Positions 57,338 through 64,000 of a stretch of DNA of 64,000 bases are shown piece by piece (the first letter of the stretch is position 1; each line of letters begins with the position of its first letter). Made by a program: the position numbers and the translations under genes. Under the pieces are notes generated by a model. That model was not told the DNA's origin. It saw only the letters and a list, made by a program, of their open reading frames with translations, and searched no databases. This DNA is from Auanema rhodensis (lineage: Eukaryota; Animalia; Nematoda), in the NCBI GenBank assembly GCA_964057225.1, contig OZ059900.1, positions 15,314,001 to 15,378,000 of the forward strand. Reading direction: 5' to 3'.

Positions 57338-60300
57338 AGGGGCGTGCCCTCAGAATATGCTAATTTCCTTAATTTTCTAACCCTTGTTTTTTTGTCGTGA
57401 AAGTGGAACTAGACGTTGTACAAACAATTTTGAGCTAGGTTTCATTGACATTGCATGAGTTTGAACACATGAAATCGTAAGTCAAAACCTTGTTTACAGC
57501 GAAATTTCCAAAAACTGGTTTTCCAGCATAATAAAATATTTCTCATGGGAAATACTGTGTTTTTGTATTTTTATAGTGTTCAGCATGTAAAATGCTTCAT
57601 TTTAGTATGTAACACGCTGAAATTCGTTGCATTTGACGACTCATATGAACAAAAATCGATTTAATCAATATTAGCCATAAGGGGCGTGCCCTCAGAATAT
57701 GCTAATTTCCTTAATTTTCTAACCCCTGTTTTTTTGTCGTGAAAGTGGAACTAGACGTTGTACGAACAATTTTGAGCTAGGTTTTATTGACATTGCATGA
57801 GTTTGAACACATGAAATCGTAAGTCAAAACCTTGTTTACAGCGAAATTTCCAAAAACTGGTTTTCCAGCATAATAAAATATTTCTCATGAGAAATACTGT
57901 GTTTTTGTATTTTTCTAGTGTTCAGCATGTAAAATGCTTCATTTTAGTATGTAACACGCTGAAATTCGTTGCATTTGACGACTCATATGAACAAAAATCG
58001 ATTTAATCAATATTAGCCATAAGGGGCGTGCCCTCAGAATATGCTAATTTCCTTAATTTTCTAACCCCTGTTTTTTTGTCGTGAAAGTGGAACTAGACGT
58101 TGTACGAACAATTTTGAGCTAGGTTTCATTGACATTGCATGAGTTTGAACACATGAAATCGTAAGTCAAAACCTTGTTTACAGCGAAATTTCCAAAAACT
58201 GGTTTTCCAGCATAATAAAATATTTCTCATGGGAAATACTGTGTTTTTGTATTTTTATAGTGTTCAGCATGTAAAATGTTTCATTTTAGTATGTAACACG
58301 CTGAAATTCGTTGCATTTGACGACTCATATGAACAAAAATCGATTTAATCAATATTAGCCATAAAGGGCGTGCCCTCAGAATATGCTAATTTCCTTAATT
58401 TTCTAACCCCTCTTTTTTTGTCGTGAAAGTGGAACTAGACGTTGTAGGAACAATTTTGAGCTAGGTTTCATTGACATTGCATGAGTTTGAACACATGAAA
58501 TCGTAAGTCAAAACCTTGTTTACAGCGAAATTTCCAAAAACTCGTTTTCCAGCATAATAAAATATTTCTCATGGGAAATACTGTGTTTTTGTATTTTTTT
58601 AGTGTTCAGCATGTAAAATGCTTCATTTTAGTATGTAACACGCTGAAATTAATTGCATTTGACGACTCATATGAACAAAAATCGATTTAATCAATATTAG
58701 CCATAAGGGGCGTGCCCTCAGAATATGCTAATTTCCTTAATTTTCTAACCCCTGTTTTTTTGTCGTGAAAGTGGAACTAGACGTTGTACGAACAATTTTG
58801 AGCTAGGTTTCATTGACATTGCAGGAGTTTGAACACATGAAATCATAAGTCAAAACCTTGTTTACAGCGAAATTTCCAAAAACTGGTTTTCCAGCATAAT
58901 AAAATATTTCTCATGGGAAATACTGTGTTTTTGTATTTTTCTAGTGTTCAGCATGTGAAATGCTTCATTTTAGTATGTAACACGCTGAAATTCGTTGCAT
59001 TTGACGACTCATATGAACAAAAATCGATTTAATCAATATTAGCCATAAGGGGCGTGCCCTCAGAATATGCTAATTTCCTTAATTTTCTAACCCCTGTTTT
59101 GTTGTCGTGAAAGTGGAACTAGACGTTGTAGGAACAATTTTGAGCTAGGTTTCATTGACATTGCATGAGTTTGAACACATGAAATCGTAAGTCAAAACCT
59201 TGTTTACAGCGAAATTTCCAAAAACTGGTTTTCCAGCATAATAAAATATTTCTCATGGGAAATACTGTGTTTTTGTATTTTTATAGTGTTCAGCATGTAA
59301 AATGCTTCATTTTAGTATGTAACACGCTGAAATTCGTTGCATTTGACGACTCATATGAACAAAAATCGATTTAATCAATATTAGCCATAAGAGGCGTGCC
59401 CTCAGAATATGCTAATTTCCTTAATTTTCTAACCCCTGTTTTTTTGTCGTGAAAGTGGAACTAGACGTTGTAGGAACAATTTTGAGCTAGGTTTCATTGA
59501 CATTGCATGAGTTTGAACACATGAAATCGTAAGTCAAAACCTTGTTTACAGCGAAATTTCCAAAAACTGGTTTTCCAGCATAATAAAATATTTCTCATGG
59601 GAAATACTGTGTTTTTGTATTTTTCTAGTGTTCAGCATGTGAAATGCTTCATTTTAGTATGTAACACGCTGAAATTCGTTGCATTTGACGACTCATATGA
59701 ACAAAAATCGATTTAATCAATATTAGCCATAAGGGGCGTGCCCTCAGAATATGCTAATTTCCTTAATTTTCTAACCCCTGTTTTTTTGTCGTGAAAGTGG
59801 AACTAGACGTTGTACGAACAATTTCGAGCTAGGTTTCATTGACATTGCAGGAGTTTGAACACATGAAATCATAAGTCAAAACCTTGTTTACAGCGAAATT
59901 TCCAAAAACTGGTTTTCCAGCATAATAAAATATTTCTCATGGGAAATACTGTGTTTTTGTATTTTTCTAGTGTTCAGCATGTGAAATGCTTCATTTTAGT
60001 ATGTAACACGCTGAAATTCGTTGCATTTGACGACTCATATGAACAAAAATCGATTTAATCAATATTAGCCATAAGGGGCGTGCCCTCAGAATATGCTAAT
60101 TTCCTTAATTTTCTAACCCCTGTTTTGTTGTCGTGAAAGTGGAACTAGACGTTGTAGGAACAATTTTGAGCTAGGTTTCATTGACATTGCATGAGTTTGA
60201 ACACATGAAATCGTAAGTCAAAACCTTGTTTACAGCGAAATTTCCAAAAACTGGTTTTCCAGCATAATAAAATATTTCTCATGGGAAATACTGTGTTTTT

Positions 60301-63300
60301 GTATTTTTATAGTGTTCAGCATGTAAAATGCTTCATTTTAGTATGTAACACGCTGAAATTCGTTGCATTTGACGACTCATATGAACAAAAATCGATTTAA
60401 TCAATATTAGCCATAAGGGGCGTGCCCTCAGAATATGCTAATTTCCTTAATTTTCTAACCCCTGTTTTTTTGTCGTGAAAGTGGAACTAGACGTTGTACA
60501 AACAATTTCGAGCTAAGTTTCATTGACATTGCATGAGTTTGAACACATGAAATCGTAAGTCAAAACCTTGTTTACAGCGAAATTTCCAAAAACTGGTTTT
60601 CCAGCATAATAAAATATTTCTCATGGGAAATACTGTGTTTTTGTATTTTTCTAGTGTTCAGCATGTAAAATGCTTCATTTTAGTATGTAACACGCTGAAA
60701 TTCGTTGCATTTGACGACTCATATGAACAAAAATCGATTTAATCAATATTAGCCATAAGGGGCGTGCCCTCAGAATATGCTAATTTCCTTAATTTTCTAA
60801 CCCCTGTTTTTTTGTCGTGAAAGTGGAACTAGACGTTGTAGGAACAATTTTGAGCTAGGTTTCATTGACATTGCATGAGTTTGAACACATGAAATCGTAA
60901 GTCAAAACCTTGTTTACAGCGAAATTTCCAAAAACTGGTTTTCCAGCATAATAAAATATTTCTCATGGGAAATACTGTGTTTTTGTATTTTTATAGTGTT
61001 CAGCATGTAAAATGCTTCATTTTAGTATGTAACACGCTGAAATTCGTTGCATTTGACGACTCATATGAACAAAAATCGATTTAATCAATATTAGCCATAA
61101 GGGGCGTGCCCTCAGAATATGCTAATTTCCTTAATTTTCTAACCCTTGTTTTTTTGTCGTGAAAGTGGAACTAGACGTTGTACAAACAATTTTGAGCTAG
61201 GTTTCATTGACATTGCATGAGTTTGAACACATGAAATCGTAAGTCAAAACCTTGTTTACAGCGAAATTTCCAAAAACTGGTTTTCCAGCATAATAAAATA
61301 TTTCTCATGGGAAATACTGTGTTTTTGTTTTTTCTAGTGTTCAGCATATAAAATGCTTCATTTTAGTATGTAACACGCTGAAATTCGTTGCATTTGACGA
61401 CTCATATGAACAAAAATCGATTTAATCAATATTAGCCATAAGGGGCGTGCCCTCAGAATATGCTAATTTCCTTAATTTTCTAACCCTTGTTTTTTTGTCG
61501 TGAAAGTGGAACTAGACGTTGTACAAACAATTTTGAGCTAGGTTTCATTGACATTGCATGAGTTTGAACACATGAAATCGTAAGTCAAAACCTTGTTTAC
61601 AGCGAAATTTCCAAAAACTGGTTTTCCAGCATGATAAAATATTTCTCATGGGAAATACTGTGTTTTTGTATTTTTCTAGTGTTCAGCATGTAAAATGCTT
61701 CATTTTAGTATGTAACACGCTGAAATTCGTTGCATTTGACGACTCATATGAACAAAAATCGATTTAATCAATATTAGCCATAAGGGGCGTGCCCTCAGAA
61801 TATGCTAATTTCCTTAATTTTCTAACCCCTGTTTTTTTGTCGTGAAAGTGGAACTAGACGTTGTACGAACAATTTTGAGCTACGTTTCATTGACATTGCA
61901 TGAGTTTGAACACATGAAATCGTAAGTCAAAACCTTGTTTACAGCGAAATTTCCAAAAACTGGTTTTCCAGCATAATAAAATATTTCTCATGGGAAATAC
62001 TGTGTTTTTGTTTTTTCTAGTGTTCAGCATATAAAATGCTTCATTTTAGTATGTAACACGCTGAAATTCGTTGCATTTGACGACTCATATGAACAAAAAT
62101 CGATTTAATCAATATTAGCCATAAGGGGCGTGCCCTCAGAATATGCTAATTTCCTTAATTTTCTAACCCTTGTTTTTTTGTCGTGAAAGTGGAACTAGAC
62201 GTTGTACAAACAATTTTGAGCTAGGTTTCATTGACATTGCATGAGTTTGAACACATGAAATCGTAAGTCAAAACCTTGTTTACAGCGAAATTTCCAAAAA
62301 CTGGTTTTCCAGCATGATAAAATATTTCTCATGGGAAATACTGTGTTTTTGTATTTTTCTAGTGTTCAGCATGTAAAATGCTTCATTTTAGTATGTAACA
62401 CGCTGAAATTCGTTGCATTTGACGACTCATATGAACAAAAATCGATTTAATCAATATTAGCCATAAGGGGCGTGCCCTCAGAATATGCTAATTTCCTTAA
62501 TTTTCTAACCCCTGTTTTTTTGTCGTGAAAGTGGAACTAGACGTTGTACGAACAATTTTGAGCTACGTTTCATTGACATTGCATGAGTTTGAACACATGA
62601 AATCGTAAGTCAAAACCTTGTTTACAGCGAAATTTCCAAAAACTGGTTTTCCAGCATAATAAAATATTTCTCATGGGAAATACTGTGTTTTTGTTTTTTT
62701 CTAGTGTTCAGCATGTAAAATGCTCCATTTTAGTATGTAACACGCTGAAACTCGTTGCATTTGACGACTCATATGAACAAAAATCGATTTAATCAATATT
62801 AGCCATAAGGGGCGTGCCCTCAGATTATGCTAATTTCCTTAATTTTCTAACCCCTGTTTTTTGTCGTGAAAGTGGAACTAGACGTTGTACGAACAATTTC
62901 GAGCTAGGTTTCATTGACATTGCAGGAGTTTGAACACATGAAATCATAAGTCAAAACCTTGTTTACAGCGAAATTTCCAAAAACTGGTTTTCCAGCATAA
63001 TAAAATATTTCTCATGGGAAATACTGTGTTTTTGTATTTTTCTAGTGTTCAGCATGTGAAATGCTTCATTTTAGTATGTAACACGCTGAAATTCGTTGCA
63101 TTTGACGACTCATATGAACAAAAATCGATTTAATCAATATTAGCCATAAGGGGCGTGCCCTCAGAATATGCTAATTTCCTTAATTTTCTAACCCCTGTTT
63201 TGTTGTCGTGAAAGTGGAACTAGACGTTGTAGGAACAATTTTGAGCTAGGTTTCATTGACATTGCATGAGTTTGAACACATGAAATCGTAAGTCAAAACC

Positions 63301-64000
63301 TTGTTTACAGCGAAATTTCCAAAAACTGGTTTTCCAGCATAATAAAATATTTCTCATGGGAAATACTGTGTTTTTGTATTTTTATAGTGTTCAGCATGTA
63401 AAATGCTTCATTTTAGTATGTAACACGCTGAAATTCGTTGCATTTGACGACTCATATGAACAAAAATCGATTTAATCAATATTAGCCATAAGGGGCGTGC
63501 CCTCAGAATATGCTAATTTCCTTAATTTTCTAACCCCTGTTTTTTTGTCGTGAAAGTGGAACTAGACGTTGTACAAACAATTTCGAGCTAAGTTTCATTG
63601 ACATTGCATGAGTTTGAACACATGAAATCGTAAGTCAAAACCTTGTTTACAGCGAAATTTCCAAAAACTGGTTTTCCAGCATAATAAAATATTTCTCATG
63701 GGAAATACTGTGTTTTTGTATTTTTCTAGTGTTCAGCATGTAAAATGCTTCATTTTAGTATGTAACACGCTGAAATTCGTTGCATTTGACGACTCATATG
63801 AACAAAAATCGATTTAATCAATATTAGCCATAAGGGGCGTGCCCTCAGAATATGCTAATTTCCTTAATTTTCTAACCCCTGTTTTTTTGTCGTGAAAGTG
63901 GAACTAGACGTTGTACAAACAATTTTGAGCTAGGTTTCATTGACATTGCATGAGTTTGAACACATGAAATCGTAAGTCAAAACCTTGTTTACAGCGAAAT
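57337..64000 (-). repeat. Same 342-bp satellite in reverse orientation (one 212-bp partial monomer plus ~19 monomers, running off the window end)
   Basis: From 57337 the sequence is the reverse complement of the monomer (AAGGGGCGTGCCCTCAGAATATGC... = rc of GCATATTCTGAGGGCACGCCCCTT). The first partial unit ends at 57548 (...TCTCATGG). Confidence 0.99.
59601..64000 (-). repeat. ~9-mer periodicity (3075 bp) with a nested 683-bp dimer duplication in the inverted block
   Basis: GCTAAGTTT occurs at 60516 and 63591; GCAGGAG/ATCATAAG at ~59849 and ~62924. GCATATAAA, CATGATAAA and CTACGTTT each recur at +683 within 61.3-62.6 kb. Confidence 0.75.

Noticed and set aside
1-64000. CRISPR array or prokaryotic repeat system
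   Set aside because: There are no unique spacers, the entire 342-bp unit is repeated, and there are no cas or other genes.
57337-64000. Inversion as an exact fold-back (breakage-fusion-bridge or chimeric read)
   Set aside because: Variant patterns on the two arms are not mirror images, and the right arm has private variants and duplications. Read-level confirmation is still needed.

Overview
The whole window is one AT-rich tandem satellite array (consensus monomer 342 bp, about 34% GC by hand count, copies 340-343 bp, about 187 copies, usually differing by only a few bases). I found no genes, RNA genes, transposon insertions or unique sequence. This architecture is typical of eukaryotic centromeric or pericentromeric satellite DNA; I cannot identify the species or the satellite family. 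About 167 monomers run forward (1-57337). The array then switches strand at a single near-blunt junction (57337) and continues inverted to the window end, making a multi-kb imperfect palindrome with a 51-bp spacer. Diagnostic variants show a patchwork of short-lived higher-order repeats (8-, 6-, 2-, 14-, 12/10- and 9/10-mers), chimeric monomers and spatially restricted variant domains. Each monomer carries a CENP-B-box-like 17-mer and a bulged hairpin. Just upstream of the hairpin lies a ~10-bp segment where tandem substitutions cluster and where the inversion breaks. All counts were done by eye; 'monomer position' refers to the 342-bp consensus starting CCATGAG.
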